A stretch of 64,000 nucleotides of DNA, from contig CAVPIB010000001.1 of the NCBI GenBank assembly GCA_963704885.1, positions 448,001 through 512,000 of the forward strand, read 5' to 3'. The notes under the pieces were generated by a model that saw only the letters and a program-made list of their open reading frames with translations, did not search any database and was not told where the DNA came from. Position numbers and translations under genes: made by a program. Each line of letters begins with the position of its first letter. Within the stretch, counting starts at the first letter, position 1. This document shows positions 41,855-50,886 of the stretch, in pieces. The DNA comes from an uncultured Actinomycetes bacterium (GTDB lineage: Bacteria; Actinomycetota; UBA4738; HRBIN12).

Positions 41855-42442
41855 CTACCCATCGTCCTCGATCACGAGTATCGATCCGGGAGGCGCGTCA
41901 AGCGCGGGCACAGTCAGGCGGGCCGCCTCGTCAACATGGATCTTTGGCGGAGCCGGCTCCTCGTGTTCGAAGTACGTTCTCGGCCCGTAGAACCGGCCGT
42001 AGCGAACAACGACTCCGCCGACCTCGAGCACGGCTCGTTCGTGTTCACGAACCGCCGCGCCGGCGTCGCCGTCGAGCTCCCATGCGACGCTCTGCGCGAC
42101 GATCTTGGACGCCCCGCAGGCCCGAGCAGCGGCGAGTAGGTTGTGCGTCCCTTCACGACGGATCCGCGCGTTAGCGGCTTCGAACTTCGGGATCGAAGCG
42201 ACATCGTCGGGCAGATCGGTCAGCTGATGGACGATCGCGTCCGGCGCGAAGGCCACGACCGCTTCTCGGAGCGCATCGGCATCGAACACATCGCAGACCA
42301 CGGGTTCGGCGCCGATCGTCGCGAGTCCGTCGGCCTTGTCCTGCGAGCGCGTCATGCCGGCCACGACGTGGCCCGCATCGACCAGGAGCGGCACCAGACG
42401 CACGCCGATCACCCCGCTTGCGCCGGCAAGGAAGATCGGCAT
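41855..42442 (-). CDS. NAD-dependent epimerase/dehydratase (atypical SDR)
   Basis: IFLAGASGVIG, HQLTDLP, RYGRFYGP; AAGGAG RBS. Confidence 0.9.
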   Translation of the reverse strand: MPIFLAGASGVIGVRLVPLLVDAGHVVAGMTRSQDKADGLATIGAEPVVCDVFDADALREAVVAFAPDAIVHQLTDLPDDVASIPKFEAANARIRREGTHNLLAAARACGASKIVAQSVAWELDGDAGAAVREHERAVLEVGGVVVRYGRFYGPRTYFEHEEPAPPKIHVDEAARLTVPALDAPPGSILVIEDDG

Positions 42443-42472
42443 GGCTATCGCTCCTTAGATGTCGAAAGCTAT

Positions 42473-42567
42473 TGGCGGAGGCGGACGGGAATCGAACCCG
42501 CCTGGGAGCTTGCGCCCCCACGTCGGTGTTGAAGACCGCGGGGCCCACCAGGAACCCTGACGCCTCC
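42473..42567 (-). tRNA. selC: tRNA-Sec (UCA)
   Basis: Minus strand GGAGGCGTCAGGGTTCCTGGTGGGCCCCGCGGT-CTTCAAC-ACCGACGTGGGGGCGCAAGCTCCCAGGCGGGTTCGATTCCCGTCCGCCTCCGCCA: UCA anticodon, long D-stem, long variable arm, G73, encoded CCA. TAGGCT -10 box upstream. Confidence 0.95.
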
Positions 42568-42752
42568 GCACGGGAGCCTACCGGTCTGCCGAACACCGAA
42601 CTCGTGCCCCGCACCCCGAGTGTCCGCGCGCGGCTTACCGGTTCCTTTGCCGAACCTTGACCGGGGGGTGAGAGCGGCCGCTCCAGACTGGGCGTAGTAC
42701 CGGTGACGTGTGGGTAGTCCGATCGATCGCACGTCGGAGGGAGGGAGCACAG

Positions 42753-43136
42753 ATGCGAAAGCAGATGGTCGTCGTCGCCCTGTTCATGGGTATCTCGACC
42801 TGGCTGGTCGCCCCGGTGGCCCACGCGGGCGGCCAGGAGGTGATCCGACGCGGGAGCTGCAGCGCGCAGAGCGACTGGAAGCTGAAGGTCAAGCCCGACA
42901 ACTCTCGGCTCGAGCTCGAGTTCGAAGTGGATCAGAACGTGGTCGGAGAGGTATGGCGGGTGCGGATCAAGCAGAACGGCGCCCGGATCTTCGCAGGCAC
43001 GCGAACCACGCGGGGACCGAGCGGATCGTTCGAGGTGAGGCGCCGTCCGGCGGACGGTGCCGGGGTGGATCGGTTCGTCGCGCGAGCGACGAACCTGTCG
43101 AACGGCGAGAAGTGCGTGGGTCGGATCTCGATCTGA
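42753..43136 (+). CDS. Secreted hypothetical protein
   Basis: GGAGG RBS, signal peptide ending AHA, two Cys. Confidence 0.8.
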   Translation: MRKQMVVVALFMGISTWLVAPVAHAGGQEVIRRGSCSAQSDWKLKVKPDNSRLELEFEVDQNVVGEVWRVRIKQNGARIFAGTRTTRGPSGSFEVRRRPADGAGVDRFVARATNLSNGEKCVGRISI

Positions 43137-43155
43137 GAGATGCCGGCTCAGCGAT

Positions 43156-43182
43156 GAGGCCGGGGCCTTCGGCCCCGGCCTC
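43156..43182 (+). terminator. Perfect 12-bp hairpin
   Basis: GAGGCCGGGGCC-TTC-GGCCCCGGCCTC. Confidence 0.65.
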
Positions 43183-43205
43183 CCTCACGTCCATCACGTT
43201 GCCCA

Positions 43206-43249
43206 CTAGTCCGCTATGGACTAGACTTCGCTGGTCCGCATCAGACTAG
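43206..43249. promoter_or_regulatory. Tandem 7-5-7 palindromic operators, probable PadR autoregulatory sites
   Basis: CTAGTCC-GCTAT-GGACTAG (43206-43224) and CTGGTCC-GCATC-AGACTAG (43231-43249). Confidence 0.65.
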
Positions 43250-43266
43250 TGGGGAGATCACGACGG

Positions 43267-43815
43267 ATGAGCGTATCGAAGGTCGAGGTCGTGGTGTTGG
43301 GGCTCCTAGCAGAGGAGCCGATGTACGGGTACGACCTGCTGGAGCGGTTCCGGACCAGGAGCATGGGGTTCTGGGTCGAGGTCGGGAAGGCCTCGGTCTA
43401 CCAGGTCCTCCGCCGGCTGGAGCGCGAGGGGCTGATCGGCGGCCGTTCGCAGGATGGGCCCGAGGGCCCGGATCGCCGTGTATATCGGATCACCAAGGCA
43501 GGCAGGGATCGGTTGACCACAGGGCTCTCGGACCGGTTCGGCATGCTGGAGCCGTACGAGACCGGTGCCGGCCTGGCGCTGGGATTCGTACATCTCCTGT
43601 CGGCCACGGAGGCCCGCAAGGCGGCCGACGCGCGCGAGACGGCCGTTCGAGACCTACTCGACGCCGTAAGAACCGAACGTTCGCGGACGGCAGCCGATCG
43701 CGGCGCCGGACGTACGGTCTCGACCTCGATGCTCGATCGGCAAGAGGCCTTAGCCAAGGCCGAGCTCGCATGGATCAAGGGGTTCCGGACCGACCTGGGC
43801 CGCATCCGCCGGTAG
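43267..43815 (+). CDS. PadR family transcriptional regulator
   Basis: VLGLLAEEPMYGYDL, SVYQVLRRLEREGLI, RRVYRITKAG. Confidence 0.93.
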   Translation: MSVSKVEVVVLGLLAEEPMYGYDLLERFRTRSMGFWVEVGKASVYQVLRRLEREGLIGGRSQDGPEGPDRRVYRITKAGRDRLTTGLSDRFGMLEPYETGAGLALGFVHLLSATEARKAADARETAVRDLLDAVRTERSRTAADRGAGRTVSTSMLDRQEALAKAELAWIKGFRTDLGRIRR

Positions 43816-43895
43816 CGACGTTTCTGTGAACATCAAGGGAACCGGCGGTTCAGCCGAGGGTCATGTCGGGACACCACCGTAGGATGGATGCAACC

Positions 43896-44708
43896 ATGGA
43901 AGCCGCGTTCTTCGATCTGGACAAGACGATCATCTCTCGATCGTCCTCGCTCGCGCTCTCTCGTCCCCTGTATCGGGCCGGCATGGTCTCGCGTGGACAG
44001 CTCCTGCGCGGAGCCTACGCGCAGCTGGTCTACCTACTGGTGGGAGCCGACGAGGACAAGATGGAGCGCCTGAAGGAGGGCATGCTCTCCCTCACGAAGG
44101 GGTGGGATCGCTCGCAGGTCGAGCGCCTCGTGCAGGACGTGCTTCTAGACGTGATCGATCCGTACGTCTATCAGGAGGCTCTGGATCTGATCGACCTGCA
44201 CCGAAGCGAGGGTCGCCGGATCTACATCGTCTCGTCGTCTCCGGAGGAGATCGTCCGGCCTCTGGCCCGTCACTTCGGTGTCAGCGGAGTGATCGCCACA
44301 CGCGCCGAGGTCGGCGACGACGGTCGATACACCGGCGGACTGGAGTTCTACGCCTACGGTGCTCAGAAGGCCGAAGCGATCCAGGGGCTCGCCGTCAGGG
44401 CGGGTATCGATCTCTCGGGTTCGTTCGCTTACAGCGACAGCATCACCGACCTCCCCATGCTCGAGGCCGTCGGCAACCCTGTGGCGGTGAACGCCGACAA
44501 GGAGCTCCGCAAGATCGCGGAGGAGCGCGACTGGCAGATCCGCGACTTCCGTCGCCCCGTTCGGCTCCGCTCCCGTATCGCCTCGACCGCGTCGCAGCCC
44601 AAGACTCAGGTCGCGGCCGGCGTGCTGGCCGCCGGCGCGGTGGCCGCGGTCCTGGTGTGGGTGGCGCTCCGGTCGCGCGGCGGAACACGAGGCCGCGGAC
44701 GAGCCTGA
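43896..44708 (+). CDS. HAD-IB family hydrolase (Rv3661-like)
   Basis: AAFFDLDKTII, AYSDSITDLPMLEAVGNP, C-terminal TM helix. Confidence 0.93.
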   Translation: MEAAFFDLDKTIISRSSSLALSRPLYRAGMVSRGQLLRGAYAQLVYLLVGADEDKMERLKEGMLSLTKGWDRSQVERLVQDVLLDVIDPYVYQEALDLIDLHRSEGRRIYIVSSSPEEIVRPLARHFGVSGVIATRAEVGDDGRYTGGLEFYAYGAQKAEAIQGLAVRAGIDLSGSFAYSDSITDLPMLEAVGNPVAVNADKELRKIAEERDWQIRDFRRPVRLRSRIASTASQPKTQVAAGVLAAGAVAAVLVWVALRSRGGTRGRGRA

Positions 44709-44730
44709 GCCCGCACCAGGCTTGCCCGCG

Positions 44731-44759
44731 TTGCGTCGATCCCGGGTCGGGTGTACGGT
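44731..44759 (+). promoter_or_regulatory. sigma70-type promoter with no downstream + strand CDS
   Basis: TTGCGT (44731-44736), 17-nt spacer, TACGGT (44754-44759). Confidence 0.65.
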
Positions 44760-44764
44760 CGAGT

Positions 44765-44902
44765 TGTCTCTTCGGAGGCATCGGGGGGAGCAGAACCCAC
44801 GCGCGAGTCAAGCCGCGGGAGGCATGCTCAGGACCCGGGGGCGCGTAGCCGCCCGGCTCCCGAGCAAGTGCAGACGATGCGCTTGATACCTGCTCCCCTC
44901 GA
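44765..44902 (+). ncRNA. Ms1/6S-like RNA polymerase-binding RNA candidate (compact)
   Basis: Own promoter; 5' UUCG hairpin; 13-bp closing stem 44781-44793/44890-44902; asymmetric bubble; long apical rod; sits downstream of a HAD-IB gene as Ms1 does. Confidence 0.75.
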
Positions 44903-44919
44903 CTATGGCCTGGCGCGGA

Positions 44920-46146
44920 TCACGCTTGGGCGGCGACGGGGCGTAGGTACTCGAAGTGCATCCCGTCGGGCACGATCCAGTCGCCACCCCATGCGAACCC
45001 CCACCGATCCATGACCGCGACGAGTCGTGGATCCTGGGCCGGCGGCGTCCCGAACCGATTCGTGTCGGCGTTCACGTCGAAGGCGATCCCCCAGGCGTGA
45101 TGCGAGATCGACGCCGACGGAGATAGCAGAACGAATCGGGACGAGAAGCAGCCGTCGTAGACGTGGATCGCGGACGCCAAGCCCTCGGCGACGACCTCTT
45201 CCATGGCGCCTCGCAGCTGCGGGATGAGCTTGCGGTTGCAGGACACTCGCCCGATCGCGGGTAGCACCGCAGTCACGATGTGCGCCTGCACCCAGGCCGG
45301 GTCTATCTCGATGTATCCGGCGTCTCCCGGCTGTGGACGCCCCGCCCACTCGCTGAACCGACGCTTGATGAGCGCGGGCGGGAGCACGGCGTCGCCTTGT
45401 CGTAGGTACTTCGTCTGGCCCGGGGCGCGAACCTGTACCACCGGGTACTGCAGATCGGACGGGAGCAGCGCCCGGAACCGGTTCTCGAGTTGGGTGTCGG
45501 ACGGCTGTAGGCCTGTCTCTGGCTGGAAGAGCACGTACCGGTTCTGGTGAACACCGATCGCGGCGCCGGTGGCCCGTGTCACCACGACCTCCGCCGCCCC
45601 CACCAGCTCATCGGGGAGGATGCCGATGACCGTGACGCTCGCCCCTCCCAAGAACGTCATAACGCCACCTGGTCCCAGGTGCCTGAGCTTGGATGACGTC
45701 AGTCCCAAGATCGCCTGGCCGTCCTGGAGGTTGGCAACGATAGGCCTGGTCTCGGGAGGAAGGAATCGCGCGTAGGCGGCCTGATCGATAGCCGCCGCGT
45801 CGATGGGGATCATGTAGGGGGCGGGGGGTTCGTCGACCAGGTTGCCGCCCTTGTCGAGCGAGCTGGTCATCCAGACGTTGTCCTGGGCGACCACGGCCAC
45901 CCCGGCGACGGTTGGGAGGGCGGCGACCTTCACCCCGAAGCCCACCGGGAGACCGCCGGGTACCCAGGCGAGGTACGCATCGACTCGCGGCCCCTCGGGG
46001 GGAGGCGCCGAAGGAGTTCCGGTGGATGGGGTGGGCGTGCTTGCTTCACCGTCAGCCTCCGCTCGCTGGATGAGCGTCACCAGCACCGAACCCGCAGCTG
46101 CGACGGCCACGAACGCTGAGATCCCGGCGATGAGCGCTCGCCGCAC
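44920..46146 (-). CDS. Exported M15 family metallopeptidase (D,D-carboxypeptidase-like) with long N-terminal domain
   Basis: N-terminal TM/signal; SHHAWGIAFDVN, WGFAWGGDW, DGMHFE. Confidence 0.87.
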   Translation of the reverse strand: MRRALIAGISAFVAVAAAGSVLVTLIQRAEADGEASTPTPSTGTPSAPPPEGPRVDAYLAWVPGGLPVGFGVKVAALPTVAGVAVVAQDNVWMTSSLDKGGNLVDEPPAPYMIPIDAAAIDQAAYARFLPPETRPIVANLQDGQAILGLTSSKLRHLGPGGVMTFLGGASVTVIGILPDELVGAAEVVVTRATGAAIGVHQNRYVLFQPETGLQPSDTQLENRFRALLPSDLQYPVVQVRAPGQTKYLRQGDAVLPPALIKRRFSEWAGRPQPGDAGYIEIDPAWVQAHIVTAVLPAIGRVSCNRKLIPQLRGAMEEVVAEGLASAIHVYDGCFSSRFVLLSPSASISHHAWGIAFDVNADTNRFGTPPAQDPRLVAVMDRWGFAWGGDWIVPDGMHFEYLRPVAAQA

Positions 46147-46236
46147 GTGTCTACCCCTCAGTTCTCTCGGCCGGAGGTGAGTCTAGGTCTCGCGACCGTC
46201 GCGTGCGAGGGAACGCGCGGCCGCGCGACTACGCGT

Positions 46237-46488
46237 CTATGCGAACGCTGCCGGGTGTTCCAACCGATCGGCCAGGCGTTCGGCCCGTTCCGCGGCATCC
46301 TGGGGTCGACCGGCGGACACGGCACCGGCGATCGCGAGCAGCTCACGTTCGACATCCAGGAGCAAGCGGCCGGGCGAACGCCGGACGAGCGGTTCGAGGC
46401 GGACGACCGCTCCGTCCAACCTGGCCATGGCGGCGGGCAGCCGGTCGTGGCGCGCCCGGTAGCGGTCGAGAGATATGACCTGACCCAT
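46237..46488 (-). CDS. Small hypothetical protein
   Basis: TAGCCT 6 nt before ATG (leaderless); helical composition. Confidence 0.6.
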   Translation of the reverse strand: MGQVISLDRYRARHDRLPAAMARLDGAVVRLEPLVRRSPGRLLLDVERELLAIAGAVSAGRPQDAAERAERLADRLEHPAAFA

Positions 46489-46524
46489 GTCGCCAGGCTA
46501 GCCCGGGGGTCTGACACGGCCGGG

Positions 46525-49281
46525 CTACGGCGTCGTTGGTGCGTTCGGATCCACGGTCCACGAGCGCAACACGACGATCGAAGCGTTCCCGGCTCGATCC
46601 TGGGCGATCACCCTGAACGAGTGAGGTCCGTCCGCAAGGTCGACGTAGAGCGCCGGAGATGCGCACGGTGTGAACTCGGCTCCGTCGAGCGAACAGGAGA
46701 GCGAGCCGGGCTCGCTCTGCCAGATCTCGAATGACGCCGTGCGGTCGACGGTGACCGCTCCTTCCTCGGGTGTCCCGGTGAGGATCAGCCCGGGTGGGAT
46801 CGTGTCCACGGTCCAGTGATAGGTGACCGCGTGCGACCGATTCATGGCGGCATCGAGCGCCCAGACCTTGAGCGAGTGCCGGCCGTCGAGGAGAGGTCCG
46901 AATATGTTGTCGTCGTCGCAGGGCATGAGCACCATGCCGTCGAGGGTGCAGAGGAAGAGCGCGGGATCGGTGCGGGACCACAACCGGAAGGTCGCGATGG
47001 TGGAGGGCGTGAATCGTTCCGGGTGGCGGGCCAACCGCACCTTCGGCGCTCCCACGTCGACCGTCCACGTGAAGTACGTCTCACCCCGGTTCCCGAGCCC
47101 GTCTTGGGCGGCAACACGAAGTACGTGCGGACCCTTGGCCAGGCCCGACGCCGATATCCGCCCGGCCGAGCAGTCGGATGCCCGGCCACCATCCAGGCGG
47201 CAGGAGATCGCTCCGGCCACCCCTTCCGTGGGCACGAAGCGCAGGTCCGCATCGCTCGACGAGGTGAAGCTGCGGGGGCCCCGCGCCAAGGCGAATCCCG
47301 GACCCGTCGTGTCGACCCGGAAGAGCCACCCGGCGGGGGGTTGGCTCTTCGCCTGCGTGGCCGGATCGACGGCGCGGACCTCGAAGTACCAGGCTCCCTC
47401 GGCCAGTTCGGCATAGTTAACACCGGTCGTCCGATCGCAGCCCGACCAGTCGCCCGCCGGCCCACCGACCGCGGAAAGTCGGCACTCGAACGTCGCCCCT
47501 GCGGCCCCGCTCGCGAAGGTGAATGAGGCGTTCTCGCCCGTCTGGGCGACGGGCGGATGGGAGACGATCGAGACCGCGGGTCCGCTGGAGGTCACCGTGA
47601 AACTCCTGGCCGCCGGCGTCGGATCGACCAGGCCGCCGAGATCGGTGCCTACGACCTCGAAGGTGTAGTCGCCGTCGGCCAGACCTCCGATCGCGTCTGA
47701 CTGGCCGTTGCAATGATGCCAAGGGTCGGCTACGCCATCGTGGACGAGCCGACATCGATACGTGGAGAACCGAGAGGGCGAGAAGAAGGTGAAAGCGGCC
47801 AGTCGAGTGGGCTGCGCACCGGAGGGCCAGGGCCCGGTCACGATCGTCGTGTCGATCGTAGGAGCCGACAGGTGGGCGAGCTTGGCTCTCAGCGAGGCCG
47901 CGATCGACGCGGAGCCCGGAGTTCCGATGAGGTTCAGGAGTTCGTTCGGGTCGGCCTTCAGATCGAACAGCTCACGCTCCCCGCTGTCGTACCGCACGAG
48001 CTTGTAGCGAGGGGTGACCACGCCCGCGAAGGCCGCCGCCCTGGTCTGGTGCGCGAAGAACGAGATCCCGGAGCAGGGGACCGAGCCGGAGCTGGCGCCC
48101 TGACAATGCTCGATCAGGAGCGCGGATCGCACGCTCGCCGCCGAACCGTTAAGCAACGGGACCAGCGAGCGGCCGTCCGCAGACCAGGGGATCCCGGCCA
48201 GCGCCGCGAACGTGGGTGTGAGGTCGATGTTCGAGACGAGCGCACGCGATGTGCGCGCCTGCTCCGCCTGTAGCATCGCCGGGTAGCGGACGACCATCGG
48301 CACCCGCACGGACTCCTCGTAGGCATCGGTCTTGCCGAACCGGCGGTGCTCGCCGAACAGGAACCCGTTGTCGGATAGGTAGACCACCAGCGTGTCGCGC
48401 GACCGATCGCCCAAGCCCGCCAGGATGTGTGCGACCCCGTCGTCGAGCGCTCGCACCGAGTGCGCCATCCTGGTGAAGCGAAGGTCCGAGCTGGCAACCG
48501 CCTCGGGCGTCAAGGGGACTCGACGTGCGTACACAGGGCTCTTCGACGTGAGCGTGTTCTGATCGAACGACGGACCCCTTGGTGGTGTGACCGGCATGCC
48601 GTTGTAGCGCGGGTCGTCCGCGGGCATGTGCGGGGTGGTGGGGGCGTATATAGCGAAGAACGGCTGTTCGGCGGGGGTGGTCTGCACGAAATCGACGACC
48701 CGTTCGGCCAGGATGTCCGATTGGTAGCCCTGGGATCGGTGCCAGGTCCCGTTCTCGTTGATCCACGGATCGACCATGGAGTAGTTCGCGGGCGCTGGCG
48801 CGCCCACGCAATGCCATCCGTCGAACTCGGGACGAGGACCGCACGACTCCCAACTGTTCAGGTACTTGCCCGCCAGCAAGGTTCGGTAACCGGAGTCATG
48901 CAGGGCCTGCACGATCGTCGGGCGTTCCAGTGGAACCGCGTTCGTGTCGACACCGGTGTGATGCTCGTACAGCCCGGTCAGCATCTGCGAACGCGACGGA
49001 CAACAAAGGGGAGTGTTCACGTACGCGCGCTTGAACAGCATCCCCTGGTCGACCAGATCACCGAAGACGGTTGGCATCAGCTCTCGCGAGAAGTCCGACC
49101 ACGCCTGGTCATCGCTCACCAGGAGCAGGATGTTCGGGCGCTCCTGCGGTGGGGATGATGCCCGGACCTCGGTGGGGCGTGTGCCTATCGACAGCGTGGC
49201 GGCGAGCGCCAACACGGTGCAGGCAACGATGGTCACGCGTCCTACGCCGCTCGCTCCGTGCACCCGTCTCCCCCGTCGCAC
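46525..49281 (-). CDS. Exported sulfatase with C-terminal Ig-like repeats (start uncertain)
   Basis: PNILLLVSDDQ, CCPSR (CxPxR), AGKYLN, SDNG; four C..DG...C / F.V.A.D..G repeats. Confidence 0.88.
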   Translation of the reverse strand: MRRGRRVHGASGVGRVTIVACTVLALAATLSIGTRPTEVRASSPPQERPNILLLVSDDQAWSDFSRELMPTVFGDLVDQGMLFKRAYVNTPLCCPSRSQMLTGLYEHHTGVDTNAVPLERPTIVQALHDSGYRTLLAGKYLNSWESCGPRPEFDGWHCVGAPAPANYSMVDPWINENGTWHRSQGYQSDILAERVVDFVQTTPAEQPFFAIYAPTTPHMPADDPRYNGMPVTPPRGPSFDQNTLTSKSPVYARRVPLTPEAVASSDLRFTRMAHSVRALDDGVAHILAGLGDRSRDTLVVYLSDNGFLFGEHRRFGKTDAYEESVRVPMVVRYPAMLQAEQARTSRALVSNIDLTPTFAALAGIPWSADGRSLVPLLNGSAASVRSALLIEHCQGASSGSVPCSGISFFAHQTRAAAFAGVVTPRYKLVRYDSGERELFDLKADPNELLNLIGTPGSASIAASLRAKLAHLSAPTIDTTIVTGPWPSGAQPTRLAAFTFFSPSRFSTYRCRLVHDGVADPWHHCNGQSDAIGGLADGDYTFEVVGTDLGGLVDPTPAARSFTVTSSGPAVSIVSHPPVAQTGENASFTFASGAAGATFECRLSAVGGPAGDWSGCDRTTGVNYAELAEGAWYFEVRAVDPATQAKSQPPAGWLFRVDTTGPGFALARGPRSFTSSSDADLRFVPTEGVAGAISCRLDGGRASDCSAGRISASGLAKGPHVLRVAAQDGLGNRGETYFTWTVDVGAPKVRLARHPERFTPSTIATFRLWSRTDPALFLCTLDGMVLMPCDDDNIFGPLLDGRHSLKVWALDAAMNRSHAVTYHWTVDTIPPGLILTGTPEEGAVTVDRTASFEIWQSEPGSLSCSLDGAEFTPCASPALYVDLADGPHSFRVIAQDRAGNASIVVLRSWTVDPNAPTTP

Positions 49282-49398
49282 CTGCCGCGAGTCTCGGATG
49301 CCGTTCGGGCGTCCGTCAACCGCGACGGGGCGAAAAGACTCCCGACGACCAGAACGGAACGGCTGCGGGAGGCCTTCGCACCTGGCAGGTCGCAAGAC

Positions 49399-50468
49399 TC
49401 AGTAGGAGACGCGGACCGAGGTGACGGGGGCCAGACGTTCGTGGATGGTTGACCAGCTGGCCCCCGCGTCCACCGAGCCGAAGACGTCGCCTGAGGTGGC
49501 GCCGAAGTAGAGGCCGAGAGGCGAGCCACCGTCGTGGTCGAAGGCTTGGCGGAGGATCGTGAGGTAGGTATCGCTCGCGGGCAGGCCGTCGCCGTGGCCG
49601 GTCCACGTGGCGCCCGCGTCTCGCGTCTGGTACACGCGCAGCTGTCCATCGGGGGTGACTCGGTCGGTATCGGCTGTGAGCGGGATCACGTAGGCGCTAT
49701 CCGGATCCGCCGGGTCGACGACCATCGGGAACCCGAACCCCGACGGCAACCCTTCCGCGATGTCGTTCCACGTCGATCCGGCGTCGTTGGACCGGTACAC
49801 ACTCCCGTGGAACTGCATGAACAGTCGCTCTGGTCGCAGCCGGGCGCGGTGCATGTTGTGGACGCAGAGCGCGTGCGTGCCTTCGCGCTGCTCCTCGGGG
49901 AGATAACCCGGGACGAGGCCCGCGTACCCGGTTCGCCAGGTGTCCCCGGCGTCCTCGGATATCCAGACACCAGCTGCAGAGATACCCACGGCCAGACGGT
50001 TGGGGTCGCCCGGCCACGGGCAGATGGAGTGCAGCGCCAGCCCGCCCAAGCCCGGCCCCCAGTCCGGGCGGGTCGGCACGTTCCACAGGCTCCGGTTCAG
50101 CTCCCAGGTCTCCCCCGAATCGGTGCTCACGAACAGGGCCGCCGGATCGACGCCCGCGTAGAGCACGCCGTCGGACTCGCCGGGCTTGACGATCCAGATG
50201 CGCTCGACGGCGACGTCGGGGATGTCCTGAGGGAAGGCCGGGCCTTTCGCCTGCTCCCACTCGCCGGTGGGATCGTCGGCATACATCACTCGAGGTCCGT
50301 AGAACCCCGAGGTCACGGAGGCGAAGTATCGACCGGTAGCGCGGGTCGCGCGTCGCGAACTCAACGACGTCGCCGGGGAACGCTCGCTCGGCGATGTCGA
50401 ACGGCTCGCCCTACCTCGCCCCTGAGGACGAACAGGCCCTTCTTGGTTCCCACGAGCAGTTCGGTCAC
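49399..50468 (-). CDS. BNR/Asp-box beta-propeller (sialidase-like) protein; two apparent +1 errors near 50413 and 50338
   Basis: Corrected start VTELLVGTKKGLFVL overlaps the MoaD stop; repeated S.D.G.TW boxes. Confidence 0.85.
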
Positions 50469-50734
50469 GACCCTCCTCCTCCTGCGATCGATGGCAACAC
50501 GTGGATGCGACCCTGCGGCGCCACAGGCGTGTCCTCGCGACCGCGTTCACCGTCCACGAACACGTTCACGTGGCGGCGGATGCGGCCATGCTCGTCGAGC
50601 ACCCAGCCCTCCAGCCGGGGGTAGGAGCGCTCGAGCTCGAGCAGGACGGCGCCGATCGACTCGCCGGGCACTTCGATCTGGGATCGGCCGTCGGCTCGAT
50701 CCTTGAGTGGCGCCCGGAGCGTCACCACCGCCAT
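50465..50734 (-). CDS. MoaD/ThiS ubiquitin-like protein
   Basis: RRHVNVFVDGE and LPSIAGG(GGS); leaderless TAGACT promoter. Confidence 0.9.
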   Translation of the reverse strand: MAVVTLRAPLKDRADGRSQIEVPGESIGAVLLELERSYPRLEGWVLDEHGRIRRHVNVFVDGERGREDTPVAPQGRIHVLPSIAGGGGS

Positions 50735-50886
50735 CGGTCGAGTCTAGGTCCCCACGCCGACGCCCACTTGCGCCTTCTTGCGGTGAGGACTTCGCGTGTC
50801 GGTGCCCGGGGGTAGGGTGCATCGGTCGTTGAACCCGCGCGATCCTCCCTCATGCCGGCCTGAGCCGGCCCAGAGAGGGGGAGCCT

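Noticed and set aside
38190-42473. Genomic island integrated at the selC 3' end
   Set aside because: No integrase, no duplicated tRNA 3' end noticed, no compositional shift.
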